Positions 25,109-39,195 of a DNA stretch of 64,000 nucleotides are shown here, in pieces (the first letter of the stretch is position 1; each line of letters begins with the position of its first letter). The stretch spans positions 9,114,001-9,178,000 of the forward strand of contig CM068756.1 in assembly GCA_035084275.1 (NCBI GenBank), read 5' to 3'. Position numbers and translations under genes: made by a program. Source of the DNA: Hydrolagus colliei. Taxonomy: Eukaryota. Below the pieces are notes generated by a model. That model did not search any database and was not told where the DNA came from. It saw nothing but the letters and a program-made list of their open reading frames with translations.

Positions 25109-28097
25109 CACACTCTCATTGATTGTAGCCCCATTGAATCTGGCCTCTGCTAGCTCCCTTCTCATGACAGTGTGGCTGAGATTAGGAGATCAGCGCAGAG
25201 AAAGTGAACCCGTAAAATATGAACTGCACTCCAGTACGGATAACCTTCCCTCAAGTTTTCAGCCAGCTCAGGGAGCTGAGTGCCCCCTTTTCCTTGCACC
25301 ATATCAACATATTCAGACTGATTCTTTAATAAAATTTTTGATTAATATTCTTGTATACAGCGTAAGACTGACACAGCAGGGTTGTGAGGACTAGATAAAT
25401 GGATATATGAGAATACAGTACTCATATTCATAAAATCAGCCTATACAAACATAATATATAGAGTGACACAGGTGGGAAGGCGAGGTGGAAAGTGAAGAGA
25501 TAAACCCTCTATCCACGAGGGATTCAGTTAGAAGGCACGATAGCAGGGAAAGGATAAAATATTTTGCCCGCCCTGGGATCTGTTGCGTCTCTTGGGTATT
25601 TCAAAAGAGGCCCCAAACTGTGTTGAATTTTTATGCCTCCTTATATTTTTAGAGCTAATATTTTGTAAATTATTTTGCGCCATATTAAGAAGCAGTCAAA
25701 GTATGGAATGACACATTATTCATTATTAATGGTAACCTTTGACTAACTTTAAAAAAAAAGAATCTAAGTCAATGCTGTAACCTTATCACATTTGGAAAAT
25801 GCAACAGCACTGTCACCGGGAACCTCAGAAGCATAAAGAATCTGAAATGTAATCCGTTTTCAGGGCAGCTCCATGTGCTGTATAAACCTGGTGAAACAAG
25901 TTGACATCAGTATCATGCATTTGAAAGCTTATACAGCATGTGTCCTTTGTTTCTCGTGGGCCAAAACAAGCAATCTGACTTGAAACGAGATGAAACTTCT
26001 AGTCTTTTGTGATTTTCAGCTCCACTTCCTTGACTAGTATACTGAATTATTTATCACCAGTGTTCCAGTGTACCTGCATCAGATCCATTCTAATATTGGT
26101 CATTTATTTCATGTTATTACAGTATATGCAAAATTGGGGTTATTATATGCCAACTTGGGCGGCAGGGGGAGAGAGGAATGGAGAGCTTAAATTGTACAAG
26201 ATTTGTAGTCTAATTTGGAGTGTAATTTGTATGGGAATATTCAAATTTATTTACCTTTACTTTATTCAGGTATTGTATTTATGCATGTCCCTTGTACTGT
26301 TTACACATATAATGTGTCAGATCTTGCAGAATGCGCCGAGTGGCTTTTTGTGATACCTCAAGCCAAGAACCTCACCCGTGCCTCCTCTTAGCTGAAACAA
26401 TTGTCAGATTGTCACACATTTCATTTTCATGAATTCTATTTAGGCTTGCTCTCGAGAGCAGATAATCTGGAATTTCACTTGCCTAATTTTCATGGCATAT
26501 GGCAAATTGCACAAAGGATTCACGGTAAAGGACAAGTGAACCACGAGAGATTTATGATAGAAGAAATGCAAAAGGACTGGCCATTTATAAAAGCGTCATT
26601 TTAAAAAATTATTATTAGATGAGCACAGACATATCCATCAGACAAGGAAATGCACGGTTAAAATTGACAAAATTATATTTGCACTTTTATTCTCCCAAAT
26701 AACTTTGAATCACATTAGATTTGAAATATATTTCAACAGTTGTGTGGCAGTCGTATCGTCAGGAGTTTCATTTGAAAGAAAACCCAATATGATTACCTAG
26801 GCAATAGCCTTGAATTATTTTGATTCCCTAATTGTCAACGGTTTAAGATAAACAAAAGCTGTCATGGTTTGCGTTTTTTTGAGTCACATTGAATATTTCC
26901 AATCAAAAATATTTTCTTGATACAATATCAGACAGGTCAGGTAGTTGGTTTAGCTACTTAAGTGCGCTGACATGCAACACCTTGCTGTTTACGCTGTAAA
27001 CTGGAGTAGTTAGCTGAGATTTTCTGTTAAGAAAGAGGGTGACTTGCATCCTGAATGAACATGAGGTCACTCATTGTGAAAAAAAACAAAATCGCACACA
27101 GTGACCAATGTTCTTATTAAATTAATTTCCCAAGACCAACAGAATGCCAAAGTAGCTGAGAATATAATTTCCTTGATTTTGACATGTTTAATTTGATATC
27201 ATTAAAGTCTACCCCTTGTTACTGATTACCGGATCTTGTTACAGATCTCATTAAAATGAGCCAAATCAGGACACTGGCACGGAGCATTGTTGCTGCAGCA
27301 TCACTTTCCCCACGTAGGTCAGTGCCTTCTGCCTTGCAATTCCCAGATGGAACATTCTTGGCTGTATTGTCAATGAGAGGAGCTGAGTATTTTATCACGG
27401 GGGGAGGGAGGTGAGGTGAGGTGGAGGGGGCTAGATGATGGGGTTGGGGGTGGGGAGTGGGGTGGGGTGGGGTGGGGAGAAAAGAAATATCAGTGGATAA
27501 GTTGCTTTGGGTCACTTCTGTGCAATTCTCAACAGTCAGTTACAAAATGACATTGGCAGAAACTCAGAAGCAGCTGCCCACCTGTTGCCTGAGCAAGTGA
27601 ATGGTCCTGGTCATGGTGGTGGAGGTGGGGGGGCAACAGACACAGAAAGGAAGGGGAAGAAATGTTCTAAAAACAAGTGGAGGAAGTAAAAATTAGGTCA
27701 GATAAATTGGTTACAAATCTTTTACATTACAACCATTTAATGTATTAGACAGATACAGTACACGGATGAGAAAAGCTGCATTTAAAAAAATGTTGAATAA
27801 CAGGTGGCCCTGTTGGTGACTGCGCTTGCCTACAGGATCCGTAAACAGCAAAGCTGAGTTAAAATCCCATTCTTGATTGACATTCAGCCTTGAATTTCCT
27901 CTAGGGATCAGGTTACTGGCTTCAGCTGCATGATCAGGTGATGGAGTCAAGTCCACCTAGGAGAGGGAGACTTCCTTATACCATCGTTCAAGGCCAGACC
28001 TGCACAGGAGTGACATCTGTTGATGTACCTGTGGGTGGATTATCCTGTTCTACCAGTCCAGATGAGAAGTATAGAACTTTTTATTTTTCAAATTATA

Positions 28098-28248
28098 TAA
28101 GTAGACATTTATTTGGGGAGGACGGGTTTGCGAGGTTATGGGGAGAGAGCTGGGGAGTGGGATTAAATTGCTCTTTCTAAAGAGCTGGCACAGACTCGAT
28201 GGGTTGAATGGCCTCCTTTTGTGCTGTAAGATTCTATGAATCTATGAA
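28098..28248 (+). mobile_element. CR1 LINE 3' end
   Basis: AAGAGCTGGCACAGACTCGATGGGTTGAATGGCCTCCTTTTGTGCTGTAAG followed by (ATTCTATG)-type tail repeats, typical of CR1 3' UTRs. Confidence 0.8.
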
Positions 28249-28399
28249 ATAGTTCCTCACTATATTGTCTTCTAAATTATTTTCCACAAAAAAAATCACC
28301 TACTCCCCCCCAAAAAATAACTGTGGGACAGCAGCTATTTGCAATTTGGAGCATTTTGAACAGTTTGACTGAACAATTGGAAGAGTGTAAAATAATTTA

Positions 28400-28545
28400 G
28401 GATAAGATCAGGGAATTGGAAGTATAGTAGCTGTTCCATTGGAGGAATTAAACTCATTACCCTGGGTTTGATGGGCTGAATGGCCTCCTTCTATACCTGA
28501 ATTTCTACTGTTATGTCAAGGCATGTCAAGGTTATGTCAAGGCAG
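28400..28545 (+). mobile_element. Second CR1 3' end fragment
   Basis: GATGGGCTGAATGGCCTCCTTCT motif followed by ATGTCAAGG repeats. Confidence 0.6.
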
Positions 28546-31500
28546 ATAAATGGACAATTTGAAAACCCTATTTATTATTCACTGAAACAGTGCGCTCCGT
28601 ATGCTTTTCAAGAGTTATGTAAATCCTAAACCAAACTAAATCCTGCCAAATAAAATATTATGGGTCCCTGAAGAGGACATGCATTGTCCAATTATTAAGT
28701 CAAACAATTTTTGGAAACAGAATGATATATGTACCCACTGGAGGCTAAGTCCCTGCCATTAGCCAGGCCATATCAGCACATGGTTCACAAGTTATCAGGT
28801 TTTCCTTTTTTAAAACAGTAACAGTCTCTACCAGCTTTATTAAGAATATTTCTACTCTGAAAATGATTTTTCTAAACTCAAGCTAGACTGCACAATTGCT
28901 ATATTTTTACTTTCTTAAAACCAATTTGATGCCCACATCAAATCACCCTGATTATCAAACGGGCTTTGCAAGGATCCCTGCCCCTGTTTGCTTTTTGATA
29001 TAAAAGTGCATTTCTATTTGTTTTGGTCACAAATTAATCAATATAGAGCGCAAGAGAGGTCTTTGAATAATAAGACTCCATTGAAAATCATGCAGGAAAG
29101 CAGATCAGCAAAGTTAATTCAACCTCAGAGAGGGGGAAGGTTTTTGTGCTCATTATCATTTACTATAGGATTTCCAAGTTAGTTACCATGGAAAAACAAA
29201 ATAACATAAAACAAAATCCACAGAAGTTTATAGATTTTACTGAAATTCATGATTCATTAATAAATTAAAAACAGATGTGATTTAAAATTCATCCCTCCAT
29301 GTTTTAGTTGAATACAGACTACGTACAGTAATTATTAGAAATTCTATCTACACACAAATATCCTAGTGAACTTAGTTTACCTTGTCACAATTTATTTTAA
29401 AAAAAGACAGTAATGAAATAATAAATAGAATGTTTACTCTATTAAATCCTTCCTTTGGGAATTTTAATAGAGAATGTTTTCCAAACTACCAACTCTGCAA
29501 AAACATTATACAAAGTCACTTTTTTTTATATGAAAGAAGGAAACTGTGTCAAGCAAATGGATTAGTATTTTTACTGTGGATTTCAAAGCGACTGCAATTG
29601 ATGCTATTTAATTGAATGCCTGATACATGATTATAATTGGTAACTGGAGAAACTGAACAAAACAAAACCAGTTGCTATTTATGCTAATTGCATTCATTTA
29701 TGTTAACTGACTTTTTGCGAATATCCGTTTTCTTTTTGATTGCACAATTTACATCACAAATGATACACTTTCTATATCCTGGTCTCTTTGGCTGATGTGA
29801 TTTTTTTTTCTTTTCCACTATGATATACCAAATTACCGTTAAACGCTTAACATCAAATGAGTTTTATTTTATGAAAACCTTTCTTTCATTCCATTTAAAC
29901 ACAAGGAAGGCATTTGCCATCGACAATATAGGATAAATCTTTGAGGATTGCACTCAGTGCTTCTCTGAGCACCCTGGACCAAATAACAAGGGAGGGGAAG
30001 TGAAAATGATCCTTTTGAAATGTACTCGAGATCACAAAAGATTGGTTCAAAATTTCTGTTTGTTATTTGGAAAATAACAAAATTAACAAAATTATGTGTG
30101 TCGATGGTGGACGGAAGGGTTTGTGGATGGGGGGTTGTGTGCAGAAGGTGGGTGTGGTGCCACCAGTGATTGCTTTTGTCAGGAAGGGAAATAGGGCAAG
30201 TGAACTAAATGAGACTGGCATGGTAAAATAACATGATACACGCACACCTCCAAGCACAACATTCTAAGTAGATCCCAGGTTTTGTAAAAGACCACTTGGC
30301 CAATAATGAAATCAATACAATCCTACAGATGGAAATCAGGAAGTTTGAAGTTAGAGTAAACTATAGGCTAAGAAACAAAATAACATTAGAATGGTATTAC
30401 ATTGATAAAATAATACAGGATTCTAAGGAGACGTACATCAGCTTGTGTAGCTTGTTACCCGATGCCCCATTTCAATTACTGCAGCTACTCATTGCACTTA
30501 AATAGTTGAACAAAGGAGGATGTGGAAAAGATCTTTGCACACTGATCATAAGTAGTGGTGTGAGGAATCAGACTGATCCATGTATTCTAGTCACAAGTTT
30601 CTTAAGAGGAACAGTGAAGGACAAGCTAAAATGACAAAAGGTGCTGGTGTAATGTAAGGCTTCCTTCAGTCTGTTTTTGCCATCTTTAAGCCCCAAAATG
30701 TGTGCTTCCTCCATTAAGCCAAAATAGTTCCTGTGCTACCTACAATAGTGCAAGATCAACCTCTCTACGTGATTTTATAAGGCCTCTTGTGGCAGGAAAG
30801 TACACATGATTGATTGGTCCAATGCAATGTTTTGATTTATTACTTAATGCAAATCCCAGTTTAAGGAATATTACTGGAAATTCAATTTTAAAAACAATAC
30901 TTGTCGGCAACTTATTTTCTGAACAAGAATTATCTGAGTTATTATCATTCTTTTTCTGGTTTTTAATTGTGTACAATCTAGTATCTCAACAGTATCTACT
31001 TGTGAAGATGCTTTTTTTTTCCCCGAGTCCAATATGGAGCAATATCGATTTACTGCAGTAGTTAGGTGTGAATAATGAATAGGGAATTCAGCGGAAGTAT
31101 CTGGGAATGGGATAAAAAAAAACTCGCTGTCCAGACGGCAGAGAGATAGCAATGTGAAGAAAACAGATTGATTCAGTTCAAGTGTATCATTTACCTCCTT
31201 CCCACAGAAGGATCACTGAAGCTTTTGTGGGGCAGATACAACAGCAGTTAGGTCACAACCAGCATTTCAACAGGACTGGGCAGAAGGCACGGGATTCCCT
31301 GCTTCTCTGACTTCTGGGGTTTCTTTTCATGCACATGGTGTGATGACAGATAAAGACATGTGCAAAATCAGTTCTTGAGGAGGGCAGCGGTAGCAGAGAT
31401 AAAGTTTAACCTTTTGAGTACCGAATGACTTAACCACTCACACAATCGCATGCCTGTAGATATCAATTCTAAGGGGCTACTTATTTTCCAAATCCACAAC

Positions 31501-31832
31501 AGATTGTACCGGTTTCTGCTTTAAATCAACTCTAGTAGTTATGCCTGAACAGGGACACATTATCCCTTTCTCTCTGATCTAATTGTTAATTTCAGGTCAA
31601 TTTCATAAGTTCAGAATCAGAACCAATCAGGGATCTCCATGTATTTGGGCTGATTTAGCAACAGGGTTGTCAGTAGGCGGACTATTTTAATAAAATCTAA
31701 ACAGCTTTTGAAGGAAATATGATCGGGATGAAATCATTTCACAGATTCAGACAGGATACAATGCTTTTTAACCCTTTGTAGAATACATTGGGCCATTTTT
31801 GATTGTTAGTGTTTGAATTACCTTACAATGTA

Positions 31833-32146
31833 GAGTCCTGTAACTCAGTGGTTAGAGCATTCGCCTTGCAAGCAAGAGACCTGGGTTCAATTCCAGGCAC
31901 GGCGAAACCCCGGACAAGTTTCCGTACTCCACACACCTAACAATAATCCCTCGAAGAAACCCCAGTAATAAATTGGTAATTTTCAATTGACAGCTGTTTG
32001 TGGGACACTGTTGTGCGCAATTGGTTGCCGTGTTTTGTCCACACATATACAATCAATTCACTTTAGAGTATATTCTGTGAAGTGCTTGAGACATCTAGAA
32101 AATGTGAAAAGTGCTATATCAAATGCAAGGATTATTATTATTATTA
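31833..32146 (+). mobile_element. Full-length tRNA(Ala)-derived SINE with L2-type tail
   Basis: A box TAACTCAGTGG, anticodon-like loop CTTGCAA, B box GGTTCAATTCC, shared body, and AAATGCAAGG(ATT)n tail; four near-full-length copies in the window. Confidence 0.92.
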
Positions 32147-32475
32147 ATAAACAGGCTTATTGTAGAAACCTTATTGTAGAAAACTCCCTGGATGATGATT
32201 TGGGACTGGAAATGCTGCTTGGATTGCTGAGCACATGGCTTTTGTCCTGCTTAAAAGCATGTTGTGCATTGTTTCCCCAGTGACTATAATTGATATCATT
32301 ATGCTTACAATTACAATGTTAGCATATACTGCAGATTTACTACAGGATAACCAAAGTTTTATGTAAATGTATGAATTTAAAAAGCTTTCCAGTGCAACAT
32401 TTATGTTGTGGCACACCAATGAAATCAGTTATATTTCATAAAAATACTTAATATAATCCCACTGAAAAATATAAC

Positions 32476-32553
32476 AATAATAAAAATCCTTACATTTGAC
32501 CCAACTTCTTATCACGTCTTTGAGACATCTCAAAGCCTTCACAGAATATACTG
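32476..32553 (-). mobile_element. tRNA-SINE 3' fragment
   Basis: GAGACATCTCAAAGCCTTCACAGAATATACTG. Confidence 0.75.
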
Positions 32554-33213
32554 CTAAATATATTAGCAGAATTGTGGCTATTCAATGAGAACTAATGATC
32601 TCTCACCCACTTTACAAAGCAAACTTTCAAAACAATGTTTTCCTCACAGAAGTCTTGCATATAAGAGACTTCTCGCACATTGGCGTGTGATGGCCAGCTC
32701 CGAAAAGAGGACTGGACCACTGACGTTATTCACGATCTGCAGGGAACACAATGGTTTGGCACAGAGTTTGGCACAATTTGTATTGTTGCAGGCATTTGGG
32801 GAACTCAATTTATTTTTTGAAGTATGTATTATGTACTAGCTGAGATCTGCTGTTGGTCAACAGAGAATACAGTAAATCTCAGCCAGCAAGTACAAAGCTA
32901 CAGAGAGGAATGTCAGCTCCGACAAAATCTATCGAGACAAAACCACTGAATTGGCAGTCACCCACCGGTGGCTGAGATGTCATTAAATAGGAGATCCTGT
33001 CTTAAGAGACTGACTTTTAAAGTTAGATTTATACGAATTGCAAGTGGGAAATAGTTCATATTTATTCTACATTCTTTTTCCTTTAGGTCGGTTCATATGC
33101 ACTTCAATAAAGATCCTTAATAGATATCAGAGACAATATATTTTACACAGGTCTGTCTGGCCTGGAATAAACCATCCAGGCCTGAGGTGATATGGTAGAA
33201 TGCTAAATAATAC

Positions 33214-33324
33214 TAATAATAATCCTTGCATTTGATATAGCACTTTTCACATCTTATCAACGTCTCAAAGCGCTTCACAGAATATACTGTAAAGTGAATT
33301 GACTGTATATTTGTGGGCGAAACA
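33214..33324 (-). mobile_element. tRNA-SINE 3' fragment (low divergence)
   Basis: Near-exact reverse complement of the tail of the copy at 54665-54996. Confidence 0.9.
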
Positions 33325-34245
33325 TTATCAATCAGCCTTTACAATTTAAATAATTATGCTAAAAACAAGGTAGGAGTAAATCACCATCTGCATACATGAT
33401 CTGCATTCATGCTGCTTGAACTAGAGTCACTCTAATTGATGTAGTGAGACAGCCTCCTGACATAAAATGAGCTATATAAGTGTAAATTGCATTGAATGTA
33501 GTCACTCTGCATGAACTGGAGTCACTCCAGAAGACCATAGTTCACTTTGGGTGAGAAATTCTTCAGGTCCCTATTGTTAGCCGTCATGTTTTGGAGAATA
33601 AACCCTAAGTGGAATTTCAGGCAATCGTGCTAAAATCAGGTCTGTCTATCCAATATTCTGTTTGCTTCAATTGGACGCTAGACCAAATTCCACAGGCTGA
33701 TGTATATGTACTGTACCATGTTGGTAAGGTCTAGTCTGTCCATTGGTGGGAATTTAGCCAGCATGTGACCTAACCCAATGATGGAAGTTGTCTAGATTTT
33801 GTCTTAAAGCTGAAGGCTACGCATTCTCTTTGAGAGATCTGTTGTCAGCGTATGCCAAGAAGCCCAGCAATGCAATGTGATCAAGCAAACAACCCAAATT
33901 TGTTGATAGCAATGAGAAGTCAAATCATATACAAACTGTAGCTGCCTCAGACAGACAGTTTATCAAACAGCAGGGATTAAAGCAGGCAAAAAGGAAACCT
34001 TCCTAATTAAAAGGCTAGAATCTGCCAGATGTCTCTGTGCAATCTTCTTCCCACTGCTGGCTCGTGGAGGAGTTTGCAAATGGGAATATGGGTGCAGATC
34101 AGTGAGAGAGTTCAAACCATGGAAGTGAAAGGGGAGTGAAGAGAGAGGAGAGGGAATTGAATACAGAGATTGCAGAATATTAATTGCAATATTAACGCAC
34201 ATAAGTTATTTTTTTCTGTTATTAGATAGGTGTGTACTATTGCAG

Positions 34246-34281
34246 CAACAACAACAACAAAATTACATTTATATAGCGCCA
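34246..34281 (-). mobile_element. L2 extreme 3' tail
   Basis: Minus strand GGCGCTATATAAATGTAATTTT(GTT)n. Confidence 0.7.
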
Positions 34282-35447
34282 TAACTGATGCTGATATCAT
34301 GTTCCACCCAAACACAAATACACTAATGCTAAAAGTTCTGCCGGAATACAGTGAGACGCAAATTTAACGTCCCTATTCCAGAAGTTGATTAGACAAGGTA
34401 ATAACTCCAGGTTCCCCTCTAGGCCCTTACTTTTGTGCCAGGTCTAACTTCACACAGGAGTCTAGATTTCCCCAGGAGTTCAGAATAATGACTTTGCAAT
34501 GTTTATATACAACGTCTAACCCCCTTCCTCCCCCCGTGGACTCCAAGCCTGACTGACAAATGTTAAAAAAAGAGAGATACCCATGCAGCTGATCTTAAAA
34601 TTGTTAATTTTAGATGAAATCCGACAGATTTAAATAAAAACACAGTTTAAGCATTGAAACTGATTCTCTTGTGAGGACATCAACATCTGTCGAAAATCTA
34701 ATAAATGTTTCATACAGGACTGTGCAGAGATTTCTGTCTTCGCTCAACTGCAAAATATGTAGCTGACTTTACCTACTGTTAATTAAGTGACAAATTGTTG
34801 TACGGCTGCAATTCGGATCCATTTCTGTAGCAACATGAAGGGTTCACGTAGGGAAAAATCATTAACAACGGATTCCATTTCACAGCATTATTCATATCTT
34901 TACAGTTGCAATGAATGTGCCCTCGGTCACAAAATGCTACACTTGTCAACAGCTTATTAATATTAATTCTTTATTTTCATAAAAAATGCTTGCTTGTCAT
35001 CTTAAAATTTATGAGAATTATTATTAAAGATTGCAATACATCTCCTCATGGGACGTGTAGTAAAAGAATGCATTAGTTTATTGTTGCTGTAAATAGCAAA
35101 ATCTTTTAAGTCGTAAGCGAACTCTTAACACGAGCATATGGCAATGCTGTGGATTGATCAGAATCAACTCTGCCTGTAGACATTACTGTAAGTAACTGGG
35201 TTATCTTGATATACAATAATATACAATATTGACAAGCACAGGGATTCATGGCTGAGGTTAGCCTATGCAGGCGGACTGGGCCCAAGTGAAGTCCTCTAAT
35301 GACTTAGTTGAACCCATGACCCACATTTCTTAACAAATACAATTAAAGGAAGTTTAAGTGTTTTCTTTCCTTTATTGATTTTTTAAACAAAATAATTAAT
35401 ATTCCTGGAAGAGGATCTGCTCTGATGGAGGGTCGTCCCAATATAAT

Positions 35448-35580
35448 GCCTTTGTGTGTAGATAAAAATATCTATCCTCCCCTTGATGCTTCCAATAATA
35501 ATCTTGAGTTTATCCCACTTATTTCTGATTCACCAGCGGTGGAAATAGTCATTCACTATCTATCCTCTCACCACTGATTC
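35448..35580 (-). mobile_element. Decayed CR1 ORF2 C-terminal fragment
   Basis: Minus strand encodes frameshifted RID..LFP...KLKI....YTQR, resembling the CR1 'RVD.ERLFP...GHKLKI...FFTQRV' segment. Confidence 0.45.
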
Positions 35581-37521
35581 CCCCACCACCACTCACCCAC
35601 TTCTGATGAAGGTTGTGATTTTTGCTAGGACCACGCTCTGATACCTTGCTCATTTCTTCATTTATTCAGTGTATACAGTGAATATCACAGGCAAAACCAA
35701 TCCACTTCTCAATCAGCATCTTTACACAATCACTTTCCACGAAGAACCATTGGACCAGAAACCCTGGCTGGTTTCTTGACATCGCTGTGTAAGTATCAGG
35801 AAGGGTTAAAAAATTCACACTCAAGAGCGGATGGGAGAGATTACTTTCTTTTAATGCTTATGTGCCAATTCAAGTGGAATCCAAAAAAAGTCAAAAGGAA
35901 TTTTTGTTTTCCTATTGTGCTATCTATTTGGCATGGAACAATTAAAAATAAACTCTAGTCAGCCTTCTCCTAACCTGGATATTTACGTAATGATGTCAAC
36001 ACACAAACCGTAGGCAGAACGTTGTTTGACCCCCATACAGTCTTTGCAGCCAGCATAAAACCACATAGCTCGGAGTCCTGAAAAACATAAATATATTGCT
36101 AGTCTAGTACTGGCGCCTGCATTTAGTTCCTGCAAATCACAATGGGGACAATGTATTTGTCCGAGGCTCATTTTCCTTAGCTCCTAACTACACATGAAAT
36201 AAATAATTATAGGGTATTGTAGCTATGACTCTGTCCATAATTGAAGCATAAAACATGTTGAATTTACGAATAAACTAACGTAGCTTATTGAACTATTGCT
36301 TGCCTGCATTTGATACATAAACATGCCTAAACCGTTTTACTCCCAACACAGGTGTGAATTATCCTATTAGTCTCATGAACTCATTAACTTGTGATTTGCT
36401 CTGAACGCTGGCTTAATCCTTTAATCCCTTTTCACCTGTTTTACAACATTTCCTCCAAATACTCTCTTGTGTCTTCGTTTTTATCACCTCACTGTACATC
36501 TGGCATTTTAGAATCATCTGATTATTCTTTCATTCTGAACTAGCTGTTTTCCTTAACTTTTAAATGCATTTTCAGAGTCCAGTGTAATCAAATAACCATT
36601 TTAATAACCATTTGAATGGCAAATTATTTCTGCTATTTTGAAGCCTCTGTGGCTTATAACTGTGGTAGAGAAATGAAACCACTGCAGGCAGTCAAGCAAG
36701 TACAAGTTTCAAGATGAACTTTGCAAGCCTTTCAGTGACAGCCTCATTTACTGCTCAGCTTTCAACCATTTTCCCCATGGTGGTACATCCTGACTGCAAG
36801 GATAGGAGCGGGGAATTTGATTGACATATCTGTGCTACACATGATTGGCTATTTGCACTGCCAGGCGCAACATTCCTATCAAAGCTTGTTTAACTCATAA
36901 AGAAGGGGAAAGTGTGCAAGGGAGACCTGCATCACTCCCAACCTTACGTCTGAACTGAAGAGGTTGGTTGGCGTTCGTGATCACATTTTACTGATGAGGA
37001 GCCAAGGCAGCTATCCGAATTCGGAGTATTGCAGCCAATGAACATTTCACTTGGAGCCAATGCTGCCTTTGTAGCTCCCAGCTTTGACCAAATGTGTACA
37101 ATGAACCAGGATAAAGAGCAGAGCCAAGTGGAATTTGTCCTCTTCTAGTTTTAATGCAATGGAAATTCCAGAAGATGTAGAGCATGGATGCTTCCAGGAA
37201 AAAACAAGCAGTGTCAATGATGTTAACAACCTGTGATCAGGAAACAGATGTGGATAGGTTGTTTTCTGCACATATATTGGATTGTAATATTTACTGCCCT
37301 TAATGGACCTCACAATGCCATTGTGTAGGTTTTAACAATGCTCGAACTGGATTGTTGGTCTAACCTTCAATAGCAACACATCATATGTAGATCAGCCCTT
37401 GTATCCCTTGGTAGCACCTCATCAAAGGTGTTTTTCATCCAGTGATATTTTTGAAATGAAATTGAAACCATAGTTTAAGATTGGGCTCTATTTAGATGGT
37501 AAAATGGACACTTACTGTACT

Positions 37522-37660
37522 AACAGAAATGCAAAATACTGCAGATGCTGGAAATCTGAAACAAAAACAGAAATCGCTGGGAACGCCCAGCAGGTCATGC
37601 AGCATCTATGGAGAAAGGAAAAGTGAGTCAACATTTCGTGAGCATGACTCTTTGTCATAA
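37522..37660 (+). mobile_element. Penelope-like terminal-repeat fragment (single arm)
   Basis: CAAAATACTGCAGATGCTGGAAATCTGAAACAAAAACAG...CAGCAGGTCATGCAGCATCTATGGAGAAAGG aligns with 45210-45340. Confidence 0.75.
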
Positions 37661-38089
37661 CTGGGGTATGTTGGGAGGGAGACTTACAAAACTGAGTTTG
37701 CCTTGGAACTTAAAGCAGCACAAACAGGATTTACGTAGAGAGTAGGTTACGCAATGTTTGAGCATGAAATACCTGTTTCACTTGTAAGGAATGACTCTTA
37801 ATGCAATACTAATAAAGACAGAAGGGAGTTGTGTAGATGATTGTCACGATAAATCTATAAATATGTATTCACACTTACTCCTTCCATGTCCAATTTTATA
37901 AAAGGTGTAAACTATTTTAATGAAATATTGATTTTCTTGAATATTAACTACTGTATGTTGGTTTTGCACTTTATTCAATAAAAAATTTGTTGTTGTCATC
38001 GGAATATGACAAAATGTGACATCCACACAGTAATTGGTTAGTGAAATCCTGCATTAGTTTATATTTCACCGAAACCATGATTAGTTTTG

Positions 38090-38270
38090 ACAGAAACGCA
38101 CATCTGATACAAATATACTCTTATAGCAAACTCTTGTTAAATTCCTAATACACAGGATACGATTGGAACCAATTATGCAGTCTCTCAGGGCCTTAGAGCC
38201 AACATAGTCAATATATATGTTAAACAGAGATGGAACGAGAAGACAATTTTGGTGTCCCCATTTGTTACAG
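38090..38270 (-). mobile_element. Decayed non-LTR (RTE-like) reverse transcriptase fragment
   Basis: ORF text GHQNCLLVPSLFNIYIDYV resembles the RT motif GVxQGCxLxPxLFNIYID. Confidence 0.5.
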
Positions 38271-38644
38271 AGAGCCATTCTGTTGTAGCATGGAACCCCT
38301 TAATATACCTCTCAATTCCAATATGTAGTATTTTATCAGAGAAGTCTTCAGTGGCTCAATAATTTCAAGACAGTAAGTAAAAAGGACCTTTGTGCAATGA
38401 AGGGGCAACTACAAGACTTCTGCACTGCTCTGCTTATCCAGCAAATCTCTGGAGAATAAAGTTTAAACTTATGCATGTCAGTGTACCTCGCAATTTAGCT
38501 TCATATTCAAGCAAACAGTTCTCCACCTAACAGGCGAAAATTATCATTGGGTCGGGATGTAACCTTTTGCAATGTTTCCCTTACAAGCACAAAATAACAC
38601 TGTCTGGGCAGTAGCCTGATTTTGCTAAAGTTTACTTTATTCAG

Positions 38645-38779
38645 AATAATAATCCTTGCATTTCATGTAGTGCCTTATCGCTTTGTTGATACATACCATA
38701 GTGCTTCACAGGATATACTGTAAAGTGTTGTGTTTGTGTATATTTTGTGGGCAAATGTGGCAATCAATTTGCACACAGT
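38645..38779 (-). mobile_element. tRNA-SINE 3' half
   Basis: AATAATAATCCTTGCATTT...GCTTCACAGGATATACTGTAAAGTG...CAATTTGCACACAG. Confidence 0.8.
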
Positions 38780-39049
38780 AATATTCCTTCAACAGCCATG
38801 AGGTGAGTGACCAATTTATTGTTCCACTGGTAGGAATGGGGTTGAGCAACAAAAATATGTTTCTGATGTACGTCATTCTTAAGTTGCCCAATAATTATCT
38901 CCCCCACTCCCACTCACTAACGCATGATATATGTTTTCTTTACTTTGTTTTGTGCAGTTTAAGATTCAAACAGACAATTCAGTGCAGTGCAATCCTGGAA
39001 GAGAAAGGTGGTGGGGGTGTGTGTTTGGGGGGGGAGTGGGGGTTGGGGG

Positions 39050-39195
39050 GAAGGGCTTTAAAAGTGAAGAGGTAGGGGACGAGGTGGAGATACCCTAGGA
39101 TGGAGGTCCAGTGAGCGAGGGCAGAATGGCTGTAAGCTCGCCACCGATATTAGGGCGGATTGAGTGGAGGATGCAGGCCGTTGTTCACTGAGTGG
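39050..39195 (-). mobile_element. Decayed L2 ORF2 3' fragment
   Basis: Reverse complement aligns with 47990-48140 (GGCCTGC...TATCGGTGGC...TGGACCTCCATCC...). Confidence 0.65.

Noticed and set aside
31122-31143. REST/RE1-like CGCTGTCC (also GAGCACCCTGGACC near 29966)
   Set aside because: Only one half-site matches.
36991-37030. Hammerhead-like CTGATGA-GGAGC...TCC-GAATTCGG
   Set aside because: GAAA core is broken (GAAU) and no helix I or III can be drawn; at most a decayed relic.
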